Shown here: one piece after another, positions 51,680 through 63,286 of the stretch
Position numbering within the stretch: the first letter of the stretch is position 1
How the letters are laid out: every line of letters begins with the position of its first letter
Source: Takakia lepidozioides
Lineage: Eukaryota > Plantae > Bryophyta
Length of the DNA stretch: 64,000 bases
Assembly: GCA_030704615.1 (NCBI GenBank)
Contig: CM060734.1
Span: 12,400,001-12,464,000 of the forward strand
Direction of reading: 5' to 3'
Notes under the pieces: model-generated
What the model saw: only the letters and a program-made list of their open reading frames with translations
Told to the model about the DNA's origin: nothing
Databases searched by the model: none
Position numbers and translations under genes: made by a program

Positions 51680-53630
51680 GTTTTTGTTTTTTTTTTAAAG
51701 CACTATTATAATATAGATGGTCATGGTCTTGTACACAGCTCAAGCAATGAGCATAGAATGGCGCTAGCTGGAGTTTTTCACATCCTCAGTCGCAATGGTG
51801 GGACTCGGGGGGTATAGGTAGAAGAGAGAGTAATGGTGGTATGTCCAGATTCCTGTTGGCATTGGTGAGGTGTGTTTCCACTGTAGGGGCGCCGCCGCCT
51901 GTGGAGGATATGCCGATGGCAGCTGGTGGTGGTGTGATGTCAGGGCCCCCATAGAGCCCGCTGCGGTGAATGAGAGCAGCGAATGGGGCAGCAGTGAATG
52001 GGAGTTCAAGTAGAGCCAGTGGCTGGTGAGCCTTTGGGTGTGCATTCTCTGCGATAATGGCCGCGCCTTGCCCTGTGGGTTGATTGAGCCTGCATGGGGG
52101 GGGTGGGTAGCTTTTCAAGTACCTTATTTGCATGCTCGTAGAAGAGTGTTAAGTTAGCACCTAGATTCTCTGGGGATGGAATACTGGAGCTACAGGAGGT
52201 CAGTGTGATGTCCTTCCTGCCGGGCAGCCATGTTGATTGAGACCTTATTTTCCATGGCCACTAAATCCTCTTTGATATCTGTCTTGATGGAGATGGCCTG
52301 AGCGGCTAGTCGCTTGTTGATTTCTGCCATTAGTGAGTCGTGGCCTTGTTTTTGGTTTGAGGTCGTCTTGAAGCTGATTGATTGTACAGTTTCGGCAAGG
52401 GCCTGGTTGATGTTGGCGACTCTCGGTCGCTCGAGTATCTCTGCAACAGGGGGGAACAGCCTTGTTCAGGCTGTTGATATGCAACTCGAACTGGATGTAC
52501 TTGTCAATGACTAGAATGGGTGGCCGATTGCACCATTGTGTGTAGATACTCGGGTTCCTGCAGGTGATGAGGGCCAAGCCGATGTGCTTTGTCTTCTCAG
52601 ACCTGGTGATCTTGCCGAAGTGAATTTGAACGATGTTGTCTTTGCCAAAAATGCCTTGAAGTGCGTTTACTGTTGCTGCTTGAGAGTGCAGTGGGTTGAG
52701 GTTTTTTTTTTTTGCTACCAATGTGACGGCGTCTCTCTCAGCAACAATCTCCTGAGGTGTTGCAGAGATGTCAGTCATACTGGTTTTACGAATGCGGAGC
52801 TGTGGTTTGATGAGTGTATGATTGACCCGCATCCCTAGTGCTAAGCATTCTCTACTTGGAGTCGTCGGTTGCCTGGTAAATGAAGCAGAACTTCGTATGC
52901 GGATTTGCTTTGTAGACCATGAAGAATTCCAGAGGCCATCTCTAGAACGAAGGTGCGGTTTCCTTTGAGCAAGGCGATACCATCTCTGGCGGGATGCAAC
53001 AGTTCAACCTTGAGTAGTCCTGGCCAAGTCTTGCTACCGTGTTTGGTGTACGCGGTGATCGGCGAGTAGAGAACATTACACAGGGGGATATGCATGTGGG
53101 CGAACCTTTTGCTGGTCAGGGCCTGCTCCTTTGGCATGTCTGTGTAAGTGGAAAGAGTTGGCCCTCCTTCCCGTGGAAAATAGAGTTGGGGGAACGTGAG
53201 GAAAAGCCTTCAAATCATGTCGCATCTCTTGGATCGGTGATATAGGGAAGTGCCAAGTCATATGCATGTTGTTCTAATGCAGGGTATCCCACCCAAAGCT
53301 GGGGCCCCATCTGTGAATTGGAGATTTCCATATGTGGGGAGGACCCCCCTGACCTTTTTTTGAGCCTGAGTGGGAGCTGGCGATATCGCTATTCAGTGTG
53401 CTGGAGGCTCGCTTGAGACAAGGGCCTGCGGGTACCAGCCCTGCTGGTGTGAGAGCTGCTGCAGGCAGTAGCGTCGGCTGTTGGTGAGACGAGATAGAAG
53501 CACTTTGGGTCTTCAATCCTGAGTGCCTCAGTACGTGAGCATTGTCGGCACCAGCTTGATTTTGCATAGACCTGGAGGGGAACGGCCTCGGGAACCCGTA
53601 GATAACCAGGGAACAGGGAACCAAGACAAG
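51680..53630 (-). mobile_element. Nested insertion with a degenerate ORF1-like (RRM-like) coding region and no RT
   Basis: Frameshifted minus-strand ORFs (GIFGKDNIVQIHFG..KHIGLALITC..KYIQFELH). It is bounded by T-tracts and interrupts the Gypsy leader. Confidence 0.55.
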
Positions 53631-53955
53631 TATTTTTTTTTATAAAAAAGAGTTTTCTTTGTATTTGTTTTGTCTTATTTTATTTTATTTTTAAAGGGAA
53701 AGAAAAAGAAAAAGGTGTTATGTTTAAAGAGCCTGGTTGGTCATATCTTCGTCAAATGAGCTCCGTTTGACTCAGTTTTTGAGGGGATAGCTGCAGAAAG
53801 GGAAATCTACCTATCTAGACCTGGTTTTTGTTTTGGGACTCTGCTAAAAATCTATGGAATTTTTAGAGTGTGAGTGTGCCATGAAAGATCCACAATCCTG
53901 TTTCTAGAACCTGTTCTGGTCTACATGAGAGACAAATCTGGGATGTACTCCTTGT

Positions 53956-54701
53956 ATGGCTGGGGGAAATGAGGACGTAATTGAAGGGCAGGTCTCTTCT
54001 CTTAGCCTGTGCACCAAAGGGGACAAGATTTATGTTTCCCAAGGAACTCAGACTGATTTGAGTGGAGAACAGTTGGACGAGTTGATTGCATACTGGGAGT
54101 CAGGCATTAGCAGTAGACAACAAACTGCTGTAGTTGGCGTTGAGGGCCTCAATATCGCCTTGGACAGTCAGAACTCTGTTGGAGCCAGCAGTTCTGCAGC
54201 TGTAGGTGAAATACCAAAGTGGGTGAAAGCTAGGCTTGGAACACAGCCAAAGACAGCCCCGGGGACCAAGGTGTTCAGCCACAAGGCCGTGGTGTACTGG
54301 AGCAGAGGAGCAGGAGCTACACAAGTTTGTGCAATCAGACATGGTTGCAGCCGGATACGCTCTGCACAGGGCAACCACGAGCGGGGGTTCATAGCAATGA
54401 CATGTTTGTTGTGCGTGAAGGAGATGCAGTCATTCGCAATGAGGACACCCGCAACCGTCTCAAAGCTTTCGAGTTGAGAGACTATCAGACCTACCTTTGT
54501 TTTCTTTAGTGTTCAGTGAGGGAGATAGGGGAGTATTGCTTTGTCTCTACCTGGCAGAAAGAGGAGGAGGGTTGGTTAGAGCGAGCTACTGTAGCTTGGG
54601 ACAAGGTTAGTGGCAGGTTTCTGGACATAGATATACCTCCTACACCTTACCATCATGCAGAGCGAGGCACTTTGAGAGAAGTCTGGCAGTTGATAGCATA
54701 G
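53956..54701 (+). CDS. Extra ORF of unknown function in the Gypsy leader (frameshifted)
   Basis: ORFs 53956-54477, 54327-54509 and 54516-54701 join into about 245 aa with one frameshift and one stop. Confidence 0.45.
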
Positions 54702-55217
54702 ATCAGGATTAGATCTTGCTTGGTCGGGCTTCTATTCTTCCCCTCCATCTCTGTACTATTTTCATTACCTTGTACTTGTAGTTGCCAAAGCCTCTCTTGG
54801 TGGAGGCCAGTCAGTCCGGGGTTTGGGCTGGGCTATTCTGCAGGATCAGCATTGCAGCTGGATTTTGGTGGGGGTGTTGATGTTTTGATTTCTTGTGTTT
54901 GGATCCCCCCCAACACCTGCATGCTTGACTGTGCGCCATGTTGGTTTTGTGTGGGCGCTTGCTTTCATAGGGATTAGGCCGGATTTGATCACCGGTCAAT
55001 CCTAGAGTATGCTGTCGGTGGTGAGGCTGGAGTGATGACCAGCAAGACCACCAGTGTTTCTTCTATGGTGAGGCTGGGTTGATGACCAGCCAACCATAGG
55101 AGTTCTTGCGGTGGATGCAGGTGCAGGTGCCCTGAGCCATTGGGATATGACCCTTAAACTGCAACAGGTGCCCACCCGTGTCACTATTAGATTAGTACTA
55201 GAGCCTTATAGTGTCAC

Positions 55218-56863
55218 GTGGAGGAGGTGCACATTGTGAGTGTCATTACGGAGTTACCCAAGGGTTTTGAGGGGAGTACGGCTACAGGCAGTAACAGTGA
55301 GAGTGGGTTCACAAGACGAGGTATTCGGTTCAGACCACCTTCACCGCCACCCTCAATTACTGTAGAGTCAGACACAGACTCGGAGGCTTCATCAACAGGT
55401 GTGCACTTTCATTCGCCATTGTTGTGGGACGACATGGAGGAGATGTATGGAGCTACCAAGGGGCCTCGTAGGTACTCTGGAGCTGTGGGCACAATCGAGT
55501 TGGATGACTTTATCCAGGAGTTCGACAGCTGGTGTGATTTGCAGCAGATGCGCAATCCACAGCTATTCACCCCATTCATGGCGTGGAAGGGACTGTTCCA
55601 GCATTTGGAAGGCCCGCCTATGGACGATTACCACGAGTTCAGGCGAGGACATGAAGCAGAGATTGAGGAGTGGAGGATGTATTGGTCACCTGACTACGTC
55701 TCCATTACTCGAGGCACGACGCGACCAGTAGCTGCATCAGTACCAATAGCTCCCACTGCCAGCACTAGTAGTGGAGCAAGTAGTGCTGGTACTTCTGCAG
55801 GTGGTACCAGTTCAAAAGGTGCTACTACTCCTCCTGCCACGACTACAACACATGTGCCTAGATTCAACCCGGGGTGGAGTTCTTCCAGGAGTTGCGGAGG
55901 AACTACCAAGGTGTACGGACAGAGAAGCTGCGAAGTTTGCAAGACTTCCAGCGCAAACCCAGTGAGAGCCTGCGAGAGGCGTACACTCGTATGAGGCGCT
56001 TGATAAGTGTGACCCAAGGGGTTACTGAAGCTCAGGCAATCCAGTTTTGGTATGGAATTCTGGACAAGGAGCTCAAGAGAAGGGTGCGAGATGCAACCCT
56101 GTTACAAGCAGCCCAACCCACATTAGCAGATGTGTTTCTGCTGGCTGAGCGGATTGAGCTCAACATGGTGGAGGAGCGAGTTGTTACAATTGGATTTGGC
56201 AAGGACATGCCTGCACGGGGCACAGCTGTCAGCCCACAGGCACAAGGGACTGCCCAACAGCGTGGTCAGGGGGGCAAGGTTGCCCAGCCCAAGTTCCATG
56301 GAGCTTACAGGGGACCTCAGGTGCAGAGGCCCGTGGCATCTTTTGCAGGCCAACAGCAACCAGGGGTGATATGTTGGACATGTGGAGGACCCCATGTCAA
56401 GAGAGATTGCCCAGAGAGTGGCAAAAGGCCGGCACAAGCACAGCCTGCACAGTTGCAGTGTGGGCATTGTGGCAAGTATGGGCATGGAGATGCCCAGTGT
56501 TATGACTTGCATCCTGAGTTGCGCCCAGGCCAGTTCCAAGGGAACAATGGTGGCCGGGGGCGAGGTGGACCAGCCCAGAGAGGACGAGGTGGTCGGGCAC
56601 GAGGTGCAGGCCAAGGGCAAGCTCAACATGGCCAAGGACGCGGAGGTCAGGGTGTTGACCAAGGCATGGCCAACCGGCTTCAGCAGCTAGAGCAGAGGCT
56701 CGCTGCCATGGCTATAGCTCAGGCGGTACCGGCTCCCAGGCGGGATGGTCCACCTCCTGCTCCTGAGGGAGGAGATATGGGAGGCATGGGATTCATGTGC
56801 ACTACCACTAGAGCAGGTGGAGTCTGCTGCAGCCGTGACTCGAGGAGCAGCACGAGTTCCTGA
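55218..56863 (+). CDS. Gypsy Gag
   Basis: Retrotransposon-gag-like LQDFQRKPSESLREAYTRM, knuckles CWTCGGPHVKRDC and CGHCGKYGHGDAQC, and RGG repeats. One frameshift near 55874. Confidence 0.85.
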
Positions 56864-57302
56864 GCCACGAGGTGCAGAGGTGGAGTTGGATCCACAACGT
56901 GGGGAGGCAAGCCGTCAGGCGAGGCTCCTCAGTCATTCACCTTGGCGGAGACAGTGTCAACCATCCATGGCACCTAGTTCTCGCCCGACTGTTACCGAGG
57001 CGGAGGTTACTATGCCATTGGGGAGAGCTACACGTGCAGCACTGACACCTGCTGCCAAGGCTAGTGCAGCCGGTGTGTTGTTGGGGGCAGCCACCTCTGT
57101 GTGTCAAGCCCCACTGTTCTCGGCAACCATGATTGCGACGCCGGGGTGAGACCAGCTGCAGTGTTCAGACTAGCAGCAACACTCTGTGAGAGTGGGGAGG
57201 TCACTTCATCTTCTGCGGAGTTAGTGGAAGGTGTAGTGGCAGAGGGATCCTCGGATTTGAGGGTCAAGACTGCCACGGCGCCTGGCAAGCTGCAGCTGCC
57301 AG

Positions 57303-57725
57303 TTGACGGAGCTGCCAGCTAGGCCAGCCTTTGAGCGCGCCATGGTGACACCTGGAGTTGTCTTGTTAGACAACCAGGGAGGCATTTTCACTTTGAGTGG
57401 ACCGGCAGGCAAGAAGTACCGGCCACTGCGGGTCTTGTTGGACTCGGGAGCTCAGCCACTGATGTTGGGCAGAGCTGCTATTGCAGGTTTGGGCCTCATG
57501 GAGGCGGATATGGAGCCTTGTCCTTTCCAGATACAGACATCTCTGGGAGGATCAGAGCAGGCTCGGGGCATGACACGGCATCAGTTGGCCATTAGACTGC
57601 AGCCGGATCATCCTGTAGATGGCTCAGTGATGCGAGCCAAGGCCATTGTGACAGACGCGGTCTCTTACGATGTCCTCGTTGGTGGGGCAGTGTTATACCC
57701 CATGGGCTTCACCCTGGACTTTGGG
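57303..57725 (+). CDS. Gypsy aspartic protease
   Basis: VLLDSGA...YDVLVGG. Confidence 0.85.
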
Positions 57726-58148
57726 AGGAGTCAGCATCCTACAGGCCTGGATGGCAGTCAGGGATGGTCGCCGTGCAGCTCCCTGTGACATTCATTGGGG
57801 GTATTGCGGCTGCCCAGCGGGGCAAGATGCCAACACTAGCCGCCTTACAGCTGCAGTTAGTTGGCCTGGAGAGTTGCTGGAAGGCAATGCCCATGCAGAG
57901 GATGTGCCACCTCCAGCAGAGCAGGATGACATGCATGGTATGGCGGAGTTGCCTGCCATGGTTGCTCACACTCCATTGTGGGGTACGAGCAAGGATTTGC
58001 AGCAGGCTGCTGATGGACGGGTGCAACAAGCCTGGGTAGAAGCTTTTGTACCGTCAGGAGAGGAGGAGAGTGCGGTGATTGCACCAGGACCACCTCAGTT
58101 GTCGCCATTGGACACCACCTCTTGTGTGGCAGGCCGGATCGAAGGCAA

Positions 58149-59100
58149 TGCCTTCTGGACTTATTTGGCGGGATATATCAGCACTGGATTGGCTGCAGTG
58201 CTGGCAGGCAGGTGTACGAGTTTGACGTTACCTGTATGGGAGAGGGATGAGCGCACGACGCGTCTCACTGCGCCATGTTGCTCAAATGCTGCAGCAGTAC
58301 CTGAGTTGTGCAGGTGTCTGCAGTTCGTGGATATCAGCAGGCTTGCCAGCAGACATTGCGTTGCTGGGGGCGCAGGATTTGGAGCGGGTTGGCTCCATTG
58401 ATCTGGTAGTGGCAGGTTGGCTGCCAAGGGCATTCATCAGCCGGGCATGGCAATGGATTGCTAGACTCGAGGACGGGTTTGTATTGGGAGATGGTGCGGA
58501 TTTTGCGCCACTTGCAGCTTCATCAAGCTGTATCTCCGACATACATCTTGGAGAATGTGCCGACTGATGGGTGATTCTCGGGCCAGGGTGATGGCCAGTG
58601 TGCATCAAGTCCGGTCGTGGCTTGGGTCAGCAATGTTGCTGGATATAGCTGCAGTGGGATCAGGGCTCATCGTCCACGACTATGGTGGACTAACTTGATG
58701 CCACCCGCACTGCTCAAGCGTGCATTTTGATGGGGTGCAGTGGCCAGCACACCTCACCGTGGATGGCATTTTGGACACAGGAAGGCAGTCTCAAACGTGT
58801 GAGACACGATGACCGTTCGCCTTTGGCAGTGGTCAACAGGTGGGGTCAACCACGAGCAGCATTACCTACACTGCTCAGCTTCCCAGGATCCCATGCTTTT
58901 CGGGATGGTGGACCTGGCCTCCTGTGGGATGCTCAGTTGCACAGTTAGTGGAAGCCTAATGCCGACGAGCGAGAGCGGGCTATGGGGTTTTCCACTGGGA
59001 CCACGGCGGTGCCTTCTCTTTCTGAGGCATCACGTCGTCAGGTGTTGGGGCAAGCAATGGATCTCAATTGCTTGACCTGGATTTATCAGCTTGGCTATGG
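58149..59100 (+). CDS. C5 cytosine DNA methyltransferase domain (DNMT3-like) inside pol, frameshifted
   Basis: Motif I LLDLFGGISTG (58152), IV DLVVAGW[P]CQG (58400-58430), VI YILENVP (58542-58562), VIII AHRPRLWWTNL (58665-58697), IX ERERAMGF (58967) and X RRQVLGQAMD (59033-59062). Confidence 0.88.
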
Positions 59101-59649
59101 CTGAGCAACGTAGAGTGCGGAGCGCACTTCCCTTGACGGTCTCTCTGCTACCGAGACGGTACAAGCAAGCGAGTGGGGGCGAGCGGTGAGGACCACGGGG
59201 TGTAGACATCCATGGCACACGTGGGAGGTGCTCGAGGTCAGAGGGAGTTGGCAGCCAAGGCAGCTGTGATGGATGAGGTTGGGGATTCTTCTCGGGTTGA
59301 GGAGGTCTCAATGATGAGATGATGGGGCAGGATGAGGCCTTGTCATTGACTGAGCAGGAAGGGAGTACTGCTCAAAGAGGTTGCAGCATAGCAACCACGG
59401 GACGCGTCTCTACCTCTAAGCCCACTGGACTTAAGGTTGCAGTACGGAGGACAATTGGGAGCCTGACATTGGACCCTTGTCACCGGAGGAGAGAGACGAC
59501 GTATGCGGCGGTTCCTGAGGGCTTACAGGAATTGCTTTGCCTTCAGTTTGAAGGACTTGGAGCACTGAAGGTCAAGAGATTCGCATTGAATTGGCTACTG
59601 ACACGCCAATCTTTCGGAGACCCTATAGATAAAGTGACATGGAGAGGTC

Positions 59650-60875
59650 CTTGATTCAGATGAGACTCAGGTCTTTGGGAGGCAGGTTTGGTGTGGAGCT
59701 CTCTGGTGGAGAGTATGCTTCAGCCACAGTGATGCCAGCCAGAAGGATGTCTATGGCAATTGGACGGAGAGACGTATGTGCGGTGATTACCGGCCTGTAA
59801 ATCGTCAGACCAAGTCCGATAGGTATGCCATGCCGACACCAGAGGAGATCTTTGATACCATTGGGCATTCCAAGGTCTTTAGCACGTTGGATTTACGATC
59901 CGGATATAACAGTTGCCGATCAAGGAGGCGGATAAGCAAAAGACGGCATTTGGGGGATCAATGAGCACGGGAAGGATTGCCTATACCAGTGGCGGTTCTT
60001 ACCATTTGGGCTTAAAACGCTCCCGCTGAGTTTCAAAGAGTCATGGACAGGATTCTAGCAGGGGTGGAGTTTGCTCGGTGCTACATAGATGACATCATCA
60101 TCTTTAGTGCTACGGTGGAGGAGCATGAGAGACACCTTCAGGGGGTATTTGAGCGCTTGAGGACGCACGGATTGAAGTTACATCCGGGCAAGTGCAAGTT
60201 TTTCCACAACCAGATTGAGTATCTGGGTCACATGATATATCCTGGAGGATTGGGGGTACAGCAGACTAAGGTAGAGTCCATTGCACAGGTTCCACGCCCC
60301 ACGGATGTGAGCTGAGTTCGAGCTTTCATGGGGTTAGCAAACTATTACAGACGGTTTATAAGGGATTTAGTGCCATTGCAAAGGCTCTAACCAAGCTGAC
60401 CAAGGTGGACCGAGTGGAGTGGCAGTGGGAAGATGAACAAGAACAAGCTTTTCAAGAGCTCAAGCGAGGTTGACCTCGGCGCCCATCTTGAGACGACCTA
60501 TCAGGGGCGTCCTTTTCAGCTGCATACAGATTGGAGCATGCTGGGGCTTGGGAGCGGTGCTCACACAGGTGGATGATGAGGGGAGAGAGTCGTAGTGGCT
60601 TATGCTAGCCGCTCGAACAATGTTGCAGAGTCTAAGTATAGCTCATATGGAGAATGCTTAGCTGCAGTATGGGCCGTGGCACACTTCAGGTGCTATCTAT
60701 ACGGCAATCTCTTACCCTTGTCACGGATCACCAACCACTCAAGTGGTTGATGGAGTCAGACAAGCTTACGGGGAAGCTTGCACGGTGGGCACTCATCCTT
60801 CAAGAGTATGACTTTCAGGTGGTGCATCGACCGGGTTTGGTCAATCGCAATGCAGATGGGTTGAGTCGCAATCCA
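59650..60875 (+). CDS. Gypsy reverse transcriptase and RNase H (frameshifted)
   Basis: MCGDYRPVN, LDLRSGY, YIDDII, LHTDWS, LVTDHQPL, NADGLSR. Confidence 0.92.
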
Positions 60876-61259
60876 TGCACGAGCCAGCAGGATGACACTG
60901 GAGCTCGGTGGCATGGTGAGACGGACGAGGAGATGGTGCCCGGATGGCATGCATCTGCATTTCTGTGTATCTTGGCAGGAAGGCCAGGTTGGACCTGCAA
61001 CAGGGATAACTGTAGATCAAGTGTCTGAGGACTCTGAGGCCAGCAATGAGCAAGGTGGCGCCAAAGATATACATGAGGATTCAGTTGTGTTGGACTACCT
61101 CCGCACTGGAGACACTGCAGCCACTGTGACTCCCAAGGAGAGGGATCGGATCCTACAACGAGCCAAGAGGTTCAAGTGGGATGGGACACACCTGCTCCGA
61201 GTGTGGGAGGATGGTCGAGTGAGGATTGTGCCTCACCCAACACAGCGGGCACGGTTAGT

Positions 61260-62300
61260 GCGGCATGCCCATGAGGAGTTGGGGCATTTTGGGGTGCGAC
61301 GCACTCATAGTCTACTGCAGGGGCAGTAGGTGGCGTGGTATGCACACAGAGGTGCAACAATTTGTGGCTAGGTGCATGGTGTGTGACAGGGTGCGTGCTT
61401 CATTCAACGCCCCTACTCCACAATTGCACCCTCTTCCGATCATGGGATTGGGCTACAGGTGGAGTCTTGACTTCGCAGGGCCGTTGCCACTGACCATGCG
61501 CCACAACAAGTACGTGTTGGTGATGGTGGAGCACTTCTCCAAGTGGATTGAATTGGTTCCATTGCCTGATAAGGCTAGTGAGGGAGCTGCGTATGCATTC
61601 TTGGATTGTGTGCTTAGCCGATTCGGTGCTCCAGCTGAGGTACTCACGGACCAAGGGAGAGAGTTCTTGGGGGAGTTTCAGGCTTTGTGTGACAAGGCCT
61701 TGATAGACCACCGCACCACTTCTCGGGATCATCCTGAGGCCGATGGCTTGGCAGAGAGAGTTGTTCAGACAGTAAAGAGGGGTTTGCACAAGTATGGCTT
61801 GCAGAAGGGACACCTAGGAGATTGGGACCTTCAGTTACCCTGGTTAGCCATGGGCTACAGGTTCAGCAAGCAAGCATCACTTGCCTCCTTCTCACCATAC
61901 TTTCTTCTCTTTGGCCGAGAGCCGGATTTGCCTACATCCATTCGTAGAGAAGCTGCTACAGTTCTTAATCCGGATGTGTGGGCACGTGCATGTGAGCAGC
62001 GTGCAGAGTTGTTCAAGAGAGTCATGCCCATGGCTTTCGAGAACCTTGTCATTGCACAACACTGTGATACGTTGAGTTTTTACCATACGTGGTGGGGGCT
62101 ATCGTCTTGGGGTTCGGAGATTCAACCCTGGTGACTACGTCTATCTGCAGCAGACTGCTCCTACGACCTGGATGTGACTGCAGGACGTGTTATTTTGAGG
62201 GTTCGAGAGGTCTTGCCCTCAGGCATCTTGGTCTTGGAGGGTCGGGATGGCATAACTTGGAAGGACCATGTGCGTAATTGTGCGCACCATGTCACTTTCC
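61260..62300 (+). CDS. DDE integrase
   Basis: H..H..CMVC zinc motif, WSLDFAGP, VLTDQGREF, AERVVQTVK, SPYFLLFGR. Confidence 0.93.
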
Positions 62301-62349
62301 GAATGTCGATGGCAGGATAGACCCAAACTTGGCAGTGGTATCTGCAGGT

Positions 62350-62499
62350 TTGAGGTGCATGTTGTGTGGGTCTACTAAAGGGGCAACCACCATGCTGGTG
62401 TGTGATCGATGCTCTAGAGGTTGGCATATGGGATGCTTGACTCCACCTCTTGAGATGGTTCCAGATGGGGATTGGTTATGTCCACATTGCATTGGATAG
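62350..62499 (+). CDS. PHD finger at the integrase C-terminus
   Basis: CMLC...MLVCDRCSRGWHMGCLTPPLEMVPDGDWLCPHC (C4HC3 with the conserved W). Confidence 0.9.
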   Translation: MRCMLCGSTKGATTMLVCDRCSRGWHMGCLTPPLEMVPDGDWLCPHCIG

Positions 62500-62759
62500 T
62501 GGGAGTGGATACAACCATGGAAGGCTAACAAGAAACGCAAGGCCCAGCTACTAGGAGACCTTGAACACACGAGATCCTGGCTCAAGTTCACAGATTGCAA
62601 GACGGCGACTAACGATGGGGCTACTCTTGTACCCGACCTCTTGGTCTATAGAGTTTGAGTACAATAGGGACAGTGATAGAGGACTTAGTACGGCTGTGGC
62701 TATTACATCTTGTAGCTATCTGGAGGTAGAGGGACCTATCCACCAGCTAGGGGGGCGAT

Positions 62760-63200
62760 TGTGGCAGACTACTTTATTGTGCATATATGTGTGGTGTGGT
62801 TTGGACAGCGATGATGTAGTTGTGTAGCGATATGTGCGCACGACAGCTGTCAAGTTAAATAAGCACAGTGTGAAAACAGCTAGAATAAAACTAGTTATTT
62901 GTATTTAACACTTGGATTTAGGTCAAGTGTTAAATCAGGTGTCAAGTTTAGTTTGACACCTGGTCCGTCTTATCTTCACGAGAGCGGCAGTCGCGCAGCT
63001 CATCTCTCTCGAGTTGAGCCTGCGCGACCGAGCTCCTTCATGCGTTTAGATCTGAGTGTGCTTATGATGGGAGTGTAGGTTGTTGTGGGGTGGAGTCCCC
63101 ATAGCTTGGGGTGCCCTTGGCTCGACTTCTATTATAAAGAGTGATAGTGATGGATTTCATATGTTTTGTGTCAACAGTGTGTTAGTGGGTTTTCTTATCA
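62760..63200 (+). repeat. Complete 3' LTR (A 62760-62845, GC, B 62848-63200) after PPT AGGGGGG
   Basis: TGTGG...TATCA, preceded by a polypurine tract at about 62749-62758. Confidence 0.9.
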
Positions 63201-63201
63201 T

Positions 63202-63286
63202 TGTGGCAGACTACTTTATTGTGCATATATGTGTGGTGTGGTTTGGACAGCGATGTAGTTGTGTAGCGATATGTATGCGCACGACA
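63202..63286 (+). repeat. Second copy of LTR segment A
   Basis: Matches 62760-62845 except for two small indels; ends GACA and is followed by the TSD. Confidence 0.92.

Larger units (their letters stand above)
51276..63286 (+). mobile_element. Ty3/Gypsy LTR retrotransposon with DNMT and PHD domains and permuted LTRs
   Basis: Termini TGTC...GACA with TSD ACCA (51272-51275 and 63287-63290). Removing the element rejoins the LINE frame (PITWWLPPT). Domain order: gag-PR-DNMT-RT-RH-IN-PHD. Confidence 0.93.

Noticed and set aside
51276-63286. DIRS/Ngaro tyrosine-recombinase element, suggested by the split repeats
   Set aside because: It encodes a DDE integrase and protease and has a TSD; no YR motifs were seen.
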